Below are positions 36,288-45,760 of a DNA stretch of 64,000 nt, in pieces. Position 1 is the stretch's first letter, and each line of letters begins with the position of its first letter. The notes under the pieces were generated by a model. The model worked only from the letters and a program-made list of their open reading frames with translations. It was not told the DNA's origin and did not search any database. The DNA is from Planctomycetota bacterium (GTDB taxonomy: Bacteria; Planctomycetota; UBA1135; UBA2386): assembly GCA_965223545.1 (NCBI GenBank), contig OZ245006.1, positions 7,536,505 to 7,600,504 of the forward strand, read 5' to 3'. Position numbers and translations under genes: made by a program.

Positions 36288-36512
36288 GTCGTGCGCGGTT
36301 CGGTGACGTGTGCTCCGGCCTCGATGTGTGTCGCTGGAAATCTGGCAAACGTCCGCACCGCGCTTGGATTTTCAACTGTTGGCCGCTGCTGTGATCTGGG
36401 CGGGCCCCCAGCGTCGCGTCGAGCCATTCCCCAGGCGGGTTCCTGGGTGAAAGGCGTGCGCCAGGCTGGAGGCACGGTTTTGCGGGGCGGGGGCCAGCGG
36501 GAAGCTGTTGTC

Positions 36513-38540
36513 TCACAGGATGTCGAGGACGCCGTTGAGCTGGTTGGTGAGGGTCTCGACCGCGGCGCGGTAGTTCAAGTCGACCGAGATCTTCGAGTTC
36601 CACGGCAGCGGTTCCTTGTCCGCCACACCGCCAAGGGCGACCGCCGCGAAGGCCCGCGACAGCTCGGTGATGCTCTCGTCGTGCAGCATCTTGATCAGCG
36701 GGTCGATGGTCCGCTTGTCGCCGATGAAGCCCAAGGCGGAGGCGATGGCGCTCAGCTTGGCGACGTTGCGGTTGGTGTCCTCCATCAGCATTTGCTGTAG
36801 CGAGTTGGTCACCGACTTGTCGCCGAGCTTGCCCAGCGCGATCGCGGCCTGCTTGAGCAGGTCCGGCCGTCGCACCGAGTCGTCGACGATCTCGCGGATG
36901 GTCTCGCGCGAGCGGTCGTGGCCGACCAGCGCCAGGCCGATGCACAAGTAGCCGGCGAGCTCGTCCCGTTGGCGGTTGGCGTCGAGCAGGGCCCGCAGTA
37001 GTGGGGCCGCCTCCTGCGATCGGCAGAGCCCGAGGGCGACGGCGATCGCCGACAGGGTCTGACCGTTCTTCACCGACGCCAGTGCGCGGCGGAGCTCGAT
37101 CTCGACCTGGCCGGAGGTGGTCGCCCGGCCGTCGCTGGCGGTGCCGTGCGCCAGCACGCCCAAGGCGATCGCCGCCCACGGCTTGACCAACGCCTTGTTG
37201 CCCTTGGCGAAGATCGTCAGCAGCGCGTTGCGGTTGGCGTCGCCGCCGATCTGGCCGAGACCGATGAGCGCAAAGTTGCGGGTCTGCTGGTCCTTGGCGT
37301 TGGCGAAGGTGTCGCGCAGAGAGTGGCTGAAGCGGGCGTCGCCCGGGTTGTCCTCCGCCGGCTGGCACAGGATGCCGAGCGCCAGGGCGGCCGACTGCTG
37401 GATCTCACGGGAGCGCTGAGCACCGCCGAGCGCCGCGGCGAACGCCGCCTTGTACTCACCCGTCGAGTCACCGCCACGGCCGAGGAGCTGGGCGACCGCC
37501 GGCGGCACGTGGGCTTGTACGATCTGCTCGCCCGGACCCGCCGCCTTCCGGTAGTAGCGCCACAGAGTGTCGATGCACTCGTCCCGCAACGCGGCTTCGG
37601 TCGGTCGGATCAAGCGGATGCCGTTGATCGCCGCGACCGGAACGTTGCGGTCGATGATGCCGTGCTCGAGGGTCTGTTCCACGATCTCCCGCAGCGGCGC
37701 GTAGCAGCGGCGCTTGAACTCGGCGTTGTTGGACGCGTGTCCGAGCAGCCCCAGTCCGTAGCAAGCGAACGCGCGCGTCCGCGCGTCGACCGCCGGGCGG
37801 TCGACGAGCCTTTGGCCGGCGGCGGTGTCGCGGGCCAAGTCGGGTAGGTACTCGAGCGCGCCCTCGAGCTGCGAAATGCCCATCGCCAGCGCGGCGGTCT
37901 CGCGGATCTCCTGGTCGCGGCTCGGCAGCCGGTCCCGCATCACTTCGAGCAGGCGGAAGTCGGGGTGATCCAGGCCGATCTTGGCCAGCGCGACCATGCA
38001 GGACGAGACGATGTCGCGCTGGTCGGTGCTGTCGATGGCGCGCTTCAGCGCCGGCAGCACGCGGTGGACGACGTCGGCCTCGGTCGGCTTCATCGTGTCG
38101 CGGCCCAGCCTCCGGCGGCTGCCGCCCATGTAGAACACGTCCGAGCCGGTCGACGTCACGCTCGCGTGGATGGACTCCTTGAGGCTGATGTAGGGGTCCT
38201 TGTTGAACTCCCACCAGAATTGCCACTTGGTCAGGTCGTCGCCGATCGAGATCCCGCGTCCGCCGGTCCGCGTGCCACCGGCCGCGCCGCCACCGGAGCC
38301 GACGCCGGGGCCCGGGGTGTTGCCACCGGCCACGCCGGGCCGCGGCGTCACCGGCCCGGGACCGTTGGGACCGCCGGGCTGGCCAGGACCCGCCGGCGGC
38401 GGACGCTGCCCGCCGCCGCCGCCGGGGTTCGGCGGGACGACGTCGCCGGGACCGCGGTACTGGCCGCCGTGTGCCGATGCCGCCGCCGCGAACAGCAGGA
38501 TCGCGCTGCAGCAGCCGAGATTGCGTAGAGAGTGGTTCAC
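36513..38540 (-). CDS. Secreted HEAT-repeat protein, paralog A
   Basis: The track ORF (to 38984) is trimmed to GTG 38540, preceding signal peptide VNHSLRNLGCCSAILLFAAAASA. The predicted mature N-terminus is HGGQYRGPGDVVPPNPGGGGG, followed by a Gly/Pro-rich linker, WQFWWEFNKDPY and then HEAT repeats. Confidence 0.8.
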   Translation of the reverse strand: MNHSLRNLGCCSAILLFAAAASAHGGQYRGPGDVVPPNPGGGGGQRPPPAGPGQPGGPNGPGPVTPRPGVAGGNTPGPGVGSGGGAAGGTRTGGRGISIGDDLTKWQFWWEFNKDPYISLKESIHASVTSTGSDVFYMGGSRRRLGRDTMKPTEADVVHRVLPALKRAIDSTDQRDIVSSCMVALAKIGLDHPDFRLLEVMRDRLPSRDQEIRETAALAMGISQLEGALEYLPDLARDTAAGQRLVDRPAVDARTRAFACYGLGLLGHASNNAEFKRRCYAPLREIVEQTLEHGIIDRNVPVAAINGIRLIRPTEAALRDECIDTLWRYYRKAAGPGEQIVQAHVPPAVAQLLGRGGDSTGEYKAAFAAALGGAQRSREIQQSAALALGILCQPAEDNPGDARFSHSLRDTFANAKDQQTRNFALIGLGQIGGDANRNALLTIFAKGNKALVKPWAAIALGVLAHGTASDGRATTSGQVEIELRRALASVKNGQTLSAIAVALGLCRSQEAAPLLRALLDANRQRDELAGYLCIGLALVGHDRSRETIREIVDDSVRRPDLLKQAAIALGKLGDKSVTNSLQQMLMEDTNRNVAKLSAIASALGFIGDKRTIDPLIKMLHDESITELSRAFAAVALGGVADKEPLPWNSKISVDLNYRAAVETLTNQLNGVLDIL

Positions 38541-38963
38541 CTGGAGACCTGCCTTTGGCTTCGCGTGTCGTGCTCGTTTCGTTCCGGGGGCGGAGCGAGA
38601 GCCGGCGGCCGCCTGCGCGCAGGGGTCTCCAGGGACGGTTGGGATCGCTGCAAGAGTCGGGCCGCGCCGTTGGCAGGGCGGGTTGGGCCGCGTTCGGCGG
38701 TCGGTGTCACGCGGGCGTGCCAATACCGGCGTTCGTCGAGAATCGCCTCGGCCCCGGCCTCGGGGCGTTCGCGGCGACCGCCGGGATTCGGTCGACGGTG
38801 GGGCGATGACGTCGCAACGCCGGCGGGCGCGAGTTCGAGGAGGGTTGGCGGCCGGTGCCCGGCCGGCATCATGGTCCGAGTGTGCTATGTCGTCGGGTTG
38901 CTGTGGGGCCTGAGCGTCCGGGGCCGAGAATCTTCGCGCGGCGACAACCTTTCGGAAGGCTCG

Positions 38964-39434
38964 ATGGCGCTGGAACTTCGACAACGCAGCTCCCGGAGGC
39001 TCGAAGACAACACTGGCCTCTGGGCTCAGCGCGGCCGCCGGCGACCGCGGGACCCGCGACCGACGCTCGGGTCGCGGAATGCTCCGTGTTTGGTTGCGGC
39101 CTCGGCCGCGCTGAGCTTCTTGCTCTGGGCTCGGGTCGCGTTCGTCACGCTCTTTCCGGGGATTGCCGCGCGGGTCGGCATCGAAGCCGAGTCGATGCTG
39201 GTGTACGCGATCGAGAGTGCGCTGGAGCGGGAGCTCGAGAAGATCCCGACCGGAGGCCTCGGGCCGACCATTCTCAATGCGGGCCTCTGGCTCGCCGCAT
39301 TCGGCATCGCCGTCTTTGGTGGCATCTCGGTCTGTCGAGCGTGTAAGCAGAATGCGAGACGCGCTTGGGCATTCGCGGTCGGTGGAGTGGTCGCGGCCTA
39401 CCTGACTTGGCCCGATCCGTTCAATCCGGGGTGA
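38964..39434 (+). CDS. Small hypothetical membrane protein between the two HEAT paralogs
   Basis: 156 aa with about 3 hydrophobic helices and moderately G/C-rich third positions. No homology recognised; it could be spurious. Confidence 0.35.
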   Translation: MALELRQRSSRRLEDNTGLWAQRGRRRPRDPRPTLGSRNAPCLVAASAALSFLLWARVAFVTLFPGIAARVGIEAESMLVYAIESALERELEKIPTGGLGPTILNAGLWLAAFGIAVFGGISVCRACKQNARRAWAFAVGGVVAAYLTWPDPFNPG

Positions 39435-39487
39435 GGACGAGTCCTGAGCACGAACTCGCGGCGACGACCAACCCCGCCTGCGCGCAC

Positions 39488-39541
39488 TCTTAAACGAGCG
39501 CGCCCGCGAACCCGGCGAGGGTCCGCGGGCGCGCGCTGCGC
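39488..39541 (-). terminator. Two adjacent GC-rich hairpins downstream of paralog B (possible terminator, no U-tract)
   Basis: GCGCGCCCGCG..CGCGGGCGCGC (39488-39524) and GCGCTGC-GCTTT-GCAGCGC (39523-39541), located between convergent gene ends. Confidence 0.25.
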
Positions 39542-39558
39542 TTTGCAGCGCTACGGCG

Positions 39559-41592
39559 TCACAGGATGTCGAGGATCCCGTTGAGCTGGTTGGTCAGGGT
39601 CTCGACCGATGCGCGGTAGTTCATGTCGACCGCGATCTTCGAGTTCCACGGCAGCGGCTCCTTGTCGGCCACGCCACCCAGGGCCACCGCGGCGAACGCG
39701 CGGGACAGCTCGGTGATGCTCTCGTCGTGCAGCATCTTGATCAGCGGATCGATGGTCCGCTTGTCGCCGATGAAGCCCAGCGCCGAGGCGATGGCGCTCA
39801 GCTTGGCGACGTTGCGGTTGCTGTCATCCATGAGCATCTGCTGCAACGAGTCGGTCACCGACTTGTCACCGAGCTTGCCCAGCGCGATCGCGGCCTGCTT
39901 GAGCAGGTCGGGACGGCGCACCGAGCTGTCGACGATCTCGCGGATCGTCTCGGTGGCCCGGTCGTGCCCCATGAGGGCAAGGCCGATGCACAGGTAGCCG
40001 GCGATCTCGTCGCGCTGGCGGTTCTTGATCAACAGCGAGGTCAGCGTGTCCGCGGACTCCTTGAACTTGCACAGGCCCAGCGCGATGGCGATCGCCGACT
40101 GGGTCTGGTCGTTCTTGATCGAGTTGATCGACTTGTGGAGGTCGGTGCCGATCTGGGTGTCGGCGGCCGCGCCCTCACCGGCCGCCTCGGCGGCGTTGAA
40201 GGCCAGGACGCCGAGCGAGACCGCCGCCCATGGCTTGACCAGGGCTTTGTTGCCCTTGTCGAAGATCTTCAGCAGCTCGTTGCGGTTGGTGTTGCCACCG
40301 ATCTTGCCGAGCGCCATCAGCGCGAAGTTGCGCGTCTGCTGGTCCTTGCCGTCGTTGAAGTACTTCAGCAGCACTTGGCTGAACTTCCTGTCGTCCTTGT
40401 TGTCCTCGACCGGCTGGCAGAGGATGCCGAGGGCGACCGCGGCCGACTGATAGATCTCGTTGGCGCGCTTGACACCGCTGAGCTCCTTGGCGAACGCGTC
40501 CTTGTACTTGCCATCGGTGTCGCCACCGCGGCCCAGCAGCTGAGCGACGGCCGGCGGCACGTGGGACTGGACCATCTGCTCGCCCTGGCCGGCGTCCTTC
40601 TCGTAGTACTGCCACAGCGCGTCGACGCACTCCTTGCGCAGGCCTTCGTCGCCGTCGGGCTGCAGCAGGCGAATGCCGTTGATCGCCGCGACCGGCACGT
40701 TGCGGTCGATGACGCCGCTGTCGACGGTCTCCTTGAGCACGTCGCGCAGGGCCTCGAAGCACTGCCGCTTGATGTCGCTCTGGTTGGAGGCGTGGCCGAT
40801 CAGGCCGAGGCCGTAGCAGGCGAACGCGCGGGTGCGCGAATCGACGGCCGGGCGGTCGACCAGCTTCTGCCCGGCAGCGGTGTCCCGCGCCAGGTCCGGC
40901 AGATACTCGAGGGCTGCCTCGAGCTGCGAGATTCCCATCGCCAACGCGGCGGTTTCGCGGATCTCCTGGTCGCGGCTCGGCAGGCGCTCCCGCATCACGT
41001 CGAGGATGCTGAAGTCCTGGTGGTCCTTGCCGATCTTGGCCATCGCCACCATGCACGACGAGACGATGTCGCGCTGGTCGGTGCTGTCGATGGCGCGCTT
41101 CAGCGCCGGCAGCACGCGGCCCATGATGTCGGCCTCGGTCGGCTTCATGGTGTCCTTGGCTTCCGCGCGACGGCTGCCACCCATGAAGAACTCGTCCGAT
41201 CCCGTCGTCACCTGGCTGGCGTGGATCGACTCCTTCAAGTTGATGTAGGGGTCCTTGTTGAACTCCCACCAGAACTGCCACTTGGTCAGGTCGTCACCGA
41301 TCGGTGCGCCGCGACCACCGGTCACCGGGCCGGCACCAGGAGCGGCGGGGCCGCCCGTGGCCGGGCCGGCCGGGCCGGGCGTGCCGGGCGCGGACGGACC
41401 CGGAGTCGTCGGGCCGCTCGGCCCGGGCGTGCCGGGGCCCCGCGGGCCGGGAGCGCTGCCGCCACCACCACCGGGGTTCGGCGGGACCACGTCGCCGGGT
41501 CCGCGATACTGGCCGCCGTGGGCGTATGCGGTGTCCGGCAGGGCGAACAGGAGGCCGGCGCATGCCAGGCCGCTCAGCAGAATCTTGTTCAT
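39559..41592 (-). CDS. Secreted HEAT-repeat protein, paralog B
   Basis: Trimmed to ATG 41592 (MNKILLSGLACAGLLFALPDTAYA signal peptide; GAGGAA upstream). Same architecture and same predicted mature N-terminal 21-mer as paralog A. Confidence 0.85.
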   Translation of the reverse strand: MNKILLSGLACAGLLFALPDTAYAHGGQYRGPGDVVPPNPGGGGGSAPGPRGPGTPGPSGPTTPGPSAPGTPGPAGPATGGPAAPGAGPVTGGRGAPIGDDLTKWQFWWEFNKDPYINLKESIHASQVTTGSDEFFMGGSRRAEAKDTMKPTEADIMGRVLPALKRAIDSTDQRDIVSSCMVAMAKIGKDHQDFSILDVMRERLPSRDQEIRETAALAMGISQLEAALEYLPDLARDTAAGQKLVDRPAVDSRTRAFACYGLGLIGHASNQSDIKRQCFEALRDVLKETVDSGVIDRNVPVAAINGIRLLQPDGDEGLRKECVDALWQYYEKDAGQGEQMVQSHVPPAVAQLLGRGGDTDGKYKDAFAKELSGVKRANEIYQSAAVALGILCQPVEDNKDDRKFSQVLLKYFNDGKDQQTRNFALMALGKIGGNTNRNELLKIFDKGNKALVKPWAAVSLGVLAFNAAEAAGEGAAADTQIGTDLHKSINSIKNDQTQSAIAIALGLCKFKESADTLTSLLIKNRQRDEIAGYLCIGLALMGHDRATETIREIVDSSVRRPDLLKQAAIALGKLGDKSVTDSLQQMLMDDSNRNVAKLSAIASALGFIGDKRTIDPLIKMLHDESITELSRAFAAVALGGVADKEPLPWNSKIAVDMNYRASVETLTNQLNGILDIL

Positions 41593-41943
41593 CAGGTACG
41601 ATTCCTCAGAGAGGGAAGAGTGTTCGGCTGGGGACCCGGCGCGGGATGGACCCGCCAGCCGGCGTCGCGATGGTTCCGAAGTCGTCCAACAAGCAAAATC
41701 GAGGCCCGACCGGGGCTCTCGATGGGAAAACCGCGCGGGCGCGCCGCGGTTCGCCGTGGATTCGCGGAGATGGTGCCCAGAATAGCGCCAGAGCGGATGG
41801 GGTGCAGCGTTTCCCTGGGAGTCGCGGGACAATTGTGGGTTTGCGGTTGTTACGCGGGCGCAACAACAAGGAGAGGGGCTGCGGAAGCTCGCAATCGGGA
41901 AACCTCTGGCATCCGCGCCCAGCCGCCTTCAACTGAACGCCCC

Positions 41944-43035
41944 ATGCGATCCGCTCCGCCCTCGAACCGGCGCTGTGTCGCGGCGGCGGCCTTGTTCTGG
42001 GCGCTCGCTGGTGCGGCCGTTGGCTGTGGATCGCCTGCCCGCCTGACGGACCTGGGCGTGGCCGGCGCCCGCACTGCCGAGCTGGAGCCACCGCCCGCGG
42101 TCGAACGGCGGGACCCAGAAGACGCGCCGCGAGCGCAGGTCACCGAGCCCACCGAGAGCACGCCATCCTCCATCGCGCCGGTGCCGAGCGAGGAGGATGC
42201 GGTGGCCACCGCGCTGCACACCGCGGCGGCCTTGGCCGAGGCCGGCGACCACCGCGGCGCCCTCCGCGCGATCGACCAGGGGCTGGCTGCGACCCCCGGC
42301 GACCTGGCCCTCGCCCTGGCCCGCGCCCGGCTCTTGCGCGACCAGGGGGCTCTGCGCGCGGCGGCCGAGGTGCTCGATGCAGCCCTGCTGCGCGCGCCCG
42401 TGGTCGCGGTCTTGCAGCCGGCGGTCCGCGCCCGGCTGTTGCTCGGCGAGGTCGCCGTCGCCCGCGCGCACCTCGAGGCCGCCGCGGCGTGGCCCGCTGC
42501 GCGCCGGCCCGAGCCCGCCGTCCTGGGCGGGCTACAGGAGGCAGTGGCGGCGGCGGCGGCCGGACGGCCGCAGCTCGACCTGGCCGAGCTGCGCGCGCTC
42601 GCGCGCGGTGCCGAGGCGCCGGTGCAGCGCGCGCGCGCCCTGCGCACCCTGGCGGAGGCGGATCCGGCCGGGCTCGGCCGCGCGCTCGACGCGGCGGCGG
42701 CCGACCCCGAGGCCAGTGTCCGCCGCCTCGCCCTTCGTCTGGGCATGGCGACGGGGCCCGCCGACGAGGACTGGCTGCGCGGGTTCGTCGACGACCAAGC
42801 GCCGATGGTGCGGGCGGCAGCCGCCGTCGCCGTCGCCGACCTGGAGCGCGATCGCGCCGTCGCCTTGCTGTTGGACGTTCTGGATTCCGAAGAGAACGGA
42901 TACGTTTTTCGCCAGGTGCACGACACGCTGAGCCAACTCGCTGGATCGACCGACCTCCTGCCGATGGGAGCGGAGGAGGATCCCGCCGTGCGCCGCCGGA
43001 CTCGGGCGAGGTGGAGGGAGTTTTGGGGCAGGTGA
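41944..43035 (+). CDS. TPR/HEAT-like lipoprotein
   Basis: 363 aa with lipobox AVGCGS and Ala-rich helical repeats. The C-terminus resembles HEAT (DPEASVRRLALRLG, APMVRAAAAVAVADL). Confidence 0.65.
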   Translation: MRSAPPSNRRCVAAAALFWALAGAAVGCGSPARLTDLGVAGARTAELEPPPAVERRDPEDAPRAQVTEPTESTPSSIAPVPSEEDAVATALHTAAALAEAGDHRGALRAIDQGLAATPGDLALALARARLLRDQGALRAAAEVLDAALLRAPVVAVLQPAVRARLLLGEVAVARAHLEAAAAWPAARRPEPAVLGGLQEAVAAAAAGRPQLDLAELRALARGAEAPVQRARALRTLAEADPAGLGRALDAAAADPEASVRRLALRLGMATGPADEDWLRGFVDDQAPMVRAAAAVAVADLERDRAVALLLDVLDSEENGYVFRQVHDTLSQLAGSTDLLPMGAEEDPAVRRRTRARWREFWGR

Positions 43036-44021
43036 TCTTGGTGACGGGTGGCGCGGGCTACATCGGCTCGCACACCGTGCTGGCGCTGATGGAGCGCGGC
43101 CGCGAGGTCGTGGTTCTGGACGATTTCAGCGAGGGGCATCGGGCCGCCGTCGGCGACGCGACGCTCGAAGAGGGCACCTTGTTGGACGCCGGCTTCGTCG
43201 GTGACGTGTTTGCGCGGCACGACGTCGGCGCGGTGTTTCACTTCGCCGCCAAGTGCCTGGTCGGCGAGTCGGTGCGCGACCCCGGCAAGTACTGGTCGCA
43301 GAACGTCATCGCGACCTACAACCTGCTGGCGGCGATGGCGGCGAAAGGGTGTCAGCGGTTCGTGCTCAGCTCGACCGCGGCCACCTATGGCGAGGTGGAG
43401 ACCGTGCCGATCGCCGAGGACGTACCGCAGCGGCCCTGCAACCCGTATGGCGAGACCAAGCTGTCGTGCGAGCGCATGCTGCGCGACTTTGCGGTCGCCC
43501 ACGGCATCGATTCGGTCGCGCTGCGCTACTTCAACGCGGCCGGCGCCGATCCGGAGGGGCGCCGTGGCGAGGATCACGATCCGGAGACGCACTTGATCCC
43601 CAACGTGATCGGCGCCGCGCTGGGCACCCGCCCGGCGCTGACCGTGTTCGGCGACGACTACGACACACCGGATGGCACGTGCGTGCGCGACTACATCCAC
43701 GTCGTCGACCTGTCGATGGCGCACGTGCTGGCGTTGGAGGCGATGGAGCGGGGCGAGGGCGGCGCGCGCGCCTACAACCTGGGCAACACCACCGGGACGT
43801 CGGTCCGCGAGATCATCCGGACGGTCGAGGACGTCGGTGGCCGGCCGGTTCCGTACGAGATCGGCGCGCGCAGGCCGGGCGACCCGGCCACCCTGGTCGG
43901 CAGCAGCGAGCGCATCACCCGCGAGCTGGGATGGTCGCCGCGTTACGGCAGCACTCGGGACATCGTGGAGACTGCCTGGCGCTGGCACGAGAGCCACCCC
44001 GAGGGCTATGCCGATGGCTGA
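43032..44021 (+). CDS. galE: UDP-glucose 4-epimerase
   Basis: GTGA overlap with the upstream gene. Motifs are VTGGAGYIGSH, SSTAATYG, NPYGETK and RYFNAAGA. Confidence 0.9.
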   Translation: MILVTGGAGYIGSHTVLALMERGREVVVLDDFSEGHRAAVGDATLEEGTLLDAGFVGDVFARHDVGAVFHFAAKCLVGESVRDPGKYWSQNVIATYNLLAAMAAKGCQRFVLSSTAATYGEVETVPIAEDVPQRPCNPYGETKLSCERMLRDFAVAHGIDSVALRYFNAAGADPEGRRGEDHDPETHLIPNVIGAALGTRPALTVFGDDYDTPDGTCVRDYIHVVDLSMAHVLALEAMERGEGGARAYNLGNTTGTSVREIIRTVEDVGGRPVPYEIGARRPGDPATLVGSSERITRELGWSPRYGSTRDIVETAWRWHESHPEGYADG

Positions 44022-45177
44022 TCGGTGGGCGCCGGGCGCGGCGCTGCTCTCGGCCCTCGCCGGGTTCGGGTCGTGTACGACGTTCGAGCTCGCGCGCGAC
44101 GAGTTCGACGCGGTGACGCGCCGCGACGACGCCGCCGCGGAGCCGGAACGCCTCAGCTACGATTTCCAGCCGCGCCGCTATCCGTGGCTCGTGCGCTCAC
44201 TCAACGGCCTCGGCCTGGACGGTGTCCTGGCGGCGACGCTGGAGGTCGAGCCCGAGCCGACCAAGGTCGACAACCCGGCCAAGCTCGTCCGCGACTGCTT
44301 GCACGTGCTGGCCGCCTCCGCCGGTCGCGACCTCGAGCGGATCGGCGAGGCGGCGGTGCGCGAGCTGTGGATCGTGCAGGTCGGCAGCGATCAACCGCTC
44401 AACCAGATCGTCGCGCTGCAGGGCATGAGCGGTCACCTGGCCGATCTGGCGGTCGACCCGCTGCAGACGCCGGTGCCCGACCCCGGCGGCACGTCGGCGA
44501 CCGAGGTGGCGGCCTGGTTGGAGACGCTGAGTGCGCACTGGCCGCAGGCGCGCGGCGGCGCGCAGCCGGCGGCCGCCGAGCGCGCTGCCTATCTCGAGGC
44601 CTTGGCCGCGCTCACCGAGGCGCCGCTGCCCGACGGTGTCGAGCAGCGCGCGCTGATCGGCGCGCTGGTGCGTGGCGTCCGCCGCGAGGGCGATGCCGAG
44701 TTGCGCGCGGCGACGCGCGCGGCGCTGCGGCGCGCGCTGGTGCACGGGCTGTCGCTGGGGTTGCGCGGTGCCCTCTACGCCGAGAGCCCGCGCGTGCGGG
44801 AGGCCGCCATCGTCGGTCTGCGCCGGCTCGCGGGGCCGCCGGCGGTGGGCTACGTCCTGGCCCGCTTGGCCAAGCCGCCGGCCATGCTGGTCGCCGACAG
44901 CAACCGCTTCGACGACGATCGCCTGCTGCGCCTCAAGCTGGTGCGGATGTGCGCCCAGCTGGCGCCGAAAGACGCCCTGGAGGCGGTCGCGGGCGGCGTG
45001 CCGCCAGTGGAGTTTCTGTACGAGACCGCGGTCGGCGATCAGGACGCCAACCTGCGCATGGTGGCGCTGGACGCGCTGGCGCGCTGCCTGCAGCGCCCGC
45101 TGTCGTTCGACCTCGCCTGGGCCGAGCGCTGGTGGCAAGACGAGTACGTGCCGGGTGGCCAGCGGGGCAGCGGCTGA
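44014..45177 (+). CDS. HEAT-like lipoprotein, hypothetical
   Basis: 387 aa with lipobox LAGFGSC and HEAT-like units (ESPRVREAAIVGLRRL, DANLRMVALDALARCL). Confidence 0.6.
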   Translation: MADRWAPGAALLSALAGFGSCTTFELARDEFDAVTRRDDAAAEPERLSYDFQPRRYPWLVRSLNGLGLDGVLAATLEVEPEPTKVDNPAKLVRDCLHVLAASAGRDLERIGEAAVRELWIVQVGSDQPLNQIVALQGMSGHLADLAVDPLQTPVPDPGGTSATEVAAWLETLSAHWPQARGGAQPAAAERAAYLEALAALTEAPLPDGVEQRALIGALVRGVRREGDAELRAATRAALRRALVHGLSLGLRGALYAESPRVREAAIVGLRRLAGPPAVGYVLARLAKPPAMLVADSNRFDDDRLLRLKLVRMCAQLAPKDALEAVAGGVPPVEFLYETAVGDQDANLRMVALDALARCLQRPLSFDLAWAERWWQDEYVPGGQRGSG

Positions 45178-45178
45178 G

Positions 45179-45760
45179 ATGAGCGAGGAGCCGCTACAGA
45201 CGGCCTGGCTGCCGCCGGTCACTCCGTACGACGGCAGCCAGCTGCGCCCGCACTGGATCCGGCGCACGACCGGCCTCGTCGGCGACGCGCTGATCGCGTT
45301 CCGCGGTCCGTGCCGGCTGGCGCGGACCGAGATCGCCGACCTCGAAGACCAGCTCGAAGGTCCAGGCATCGCCGGCGACGACATGCTGCACTTCGTCGAA
45401 GAGGTGTTCGACGATGGCGACATCGGCAGGGCGCTGCTGCGCCAACGGCTGTTTGCCGCGACGATGCTGGAGCTCTTGCTCGCGCGCGCGCCGGGAGCCC
45501 CGCTGCGCCGCGACGGCGACGATTTGTTCGCCGGTGACGGCAAACTGTCGATTTCGGTGGCGACGCGCTCCTTGATCTCCGGCCTCATGCACTTCGCCCT
45601 CAACGTCACCAACTCCGGCACGCCGGTGCGCACGGCGTCGCTCACCGATCTCGGTGTCGAGCCGCGCGAGCTGGCCGAAGCCGCGCTGCGGCAGGCCGCT
45701 TTGGAGCGCGGTTCGATGCGGCGCGCCCGCTGTCAGGTGCGCGGGCGGGAGGAGTCATGA
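45179..45760 (+). CDS. Hypothetical cytoplasmic protein (possibly DUF366-like; recalled from memory, not verified)
   Basis: 193 aa. Its stop overlaps the start of the flippase-like gene (ATGA 45757-45760). G/C-rich third positions. Confidence 0.55.
   Translation: MSEEPLQTAWLPPVTPYDGSQLRPHWIRRTTGLVGDALIAFRGPCRLARTEIADLEDQLEGPGIAGDDMLHFVEEVFDDGDIGRALLRQRLFAATMLELLLARAPGAPLRRDGDDLFAGDGKLSISVATRSLISGLMHFALNVTNSGTPVRTASLTDLGVEPRELAEAALRQAALERGSMRRARCQVRGREES

Noticed and set aside
38280-38460. Repetitive GGC/CCG-rich DNA (also 41300-41500) that might look like a tandem repeat or array
   Set aside because: It encodes the Gly/Pro-rich linkers of the HEAT paralogs. It has no regular period and no spacer/repeat organisation, so it is not a CRISPR array or minisatellite.
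38541-38984. N-terminal extensions of the two HEAT paralog ORFs (to 38984 and to 41832) and of ORF 21864..22757
   Set aside because: The extensions are Arg/Pro/Ser-rich with no hydrophobic core. Internal starts directly precede good signal peptides or TM helices, and in one case the extension overlaps cca.
39727-43035. A 1102-aa plus-strand ORF spanning the paralog B locus
   Set aside because: The first ~740 codons are antisense to the HEAT paralog B gene and look like junk. Only the last 363 codons (from ATG 41944, with a lipobox signal peptide) form a plausible gene.
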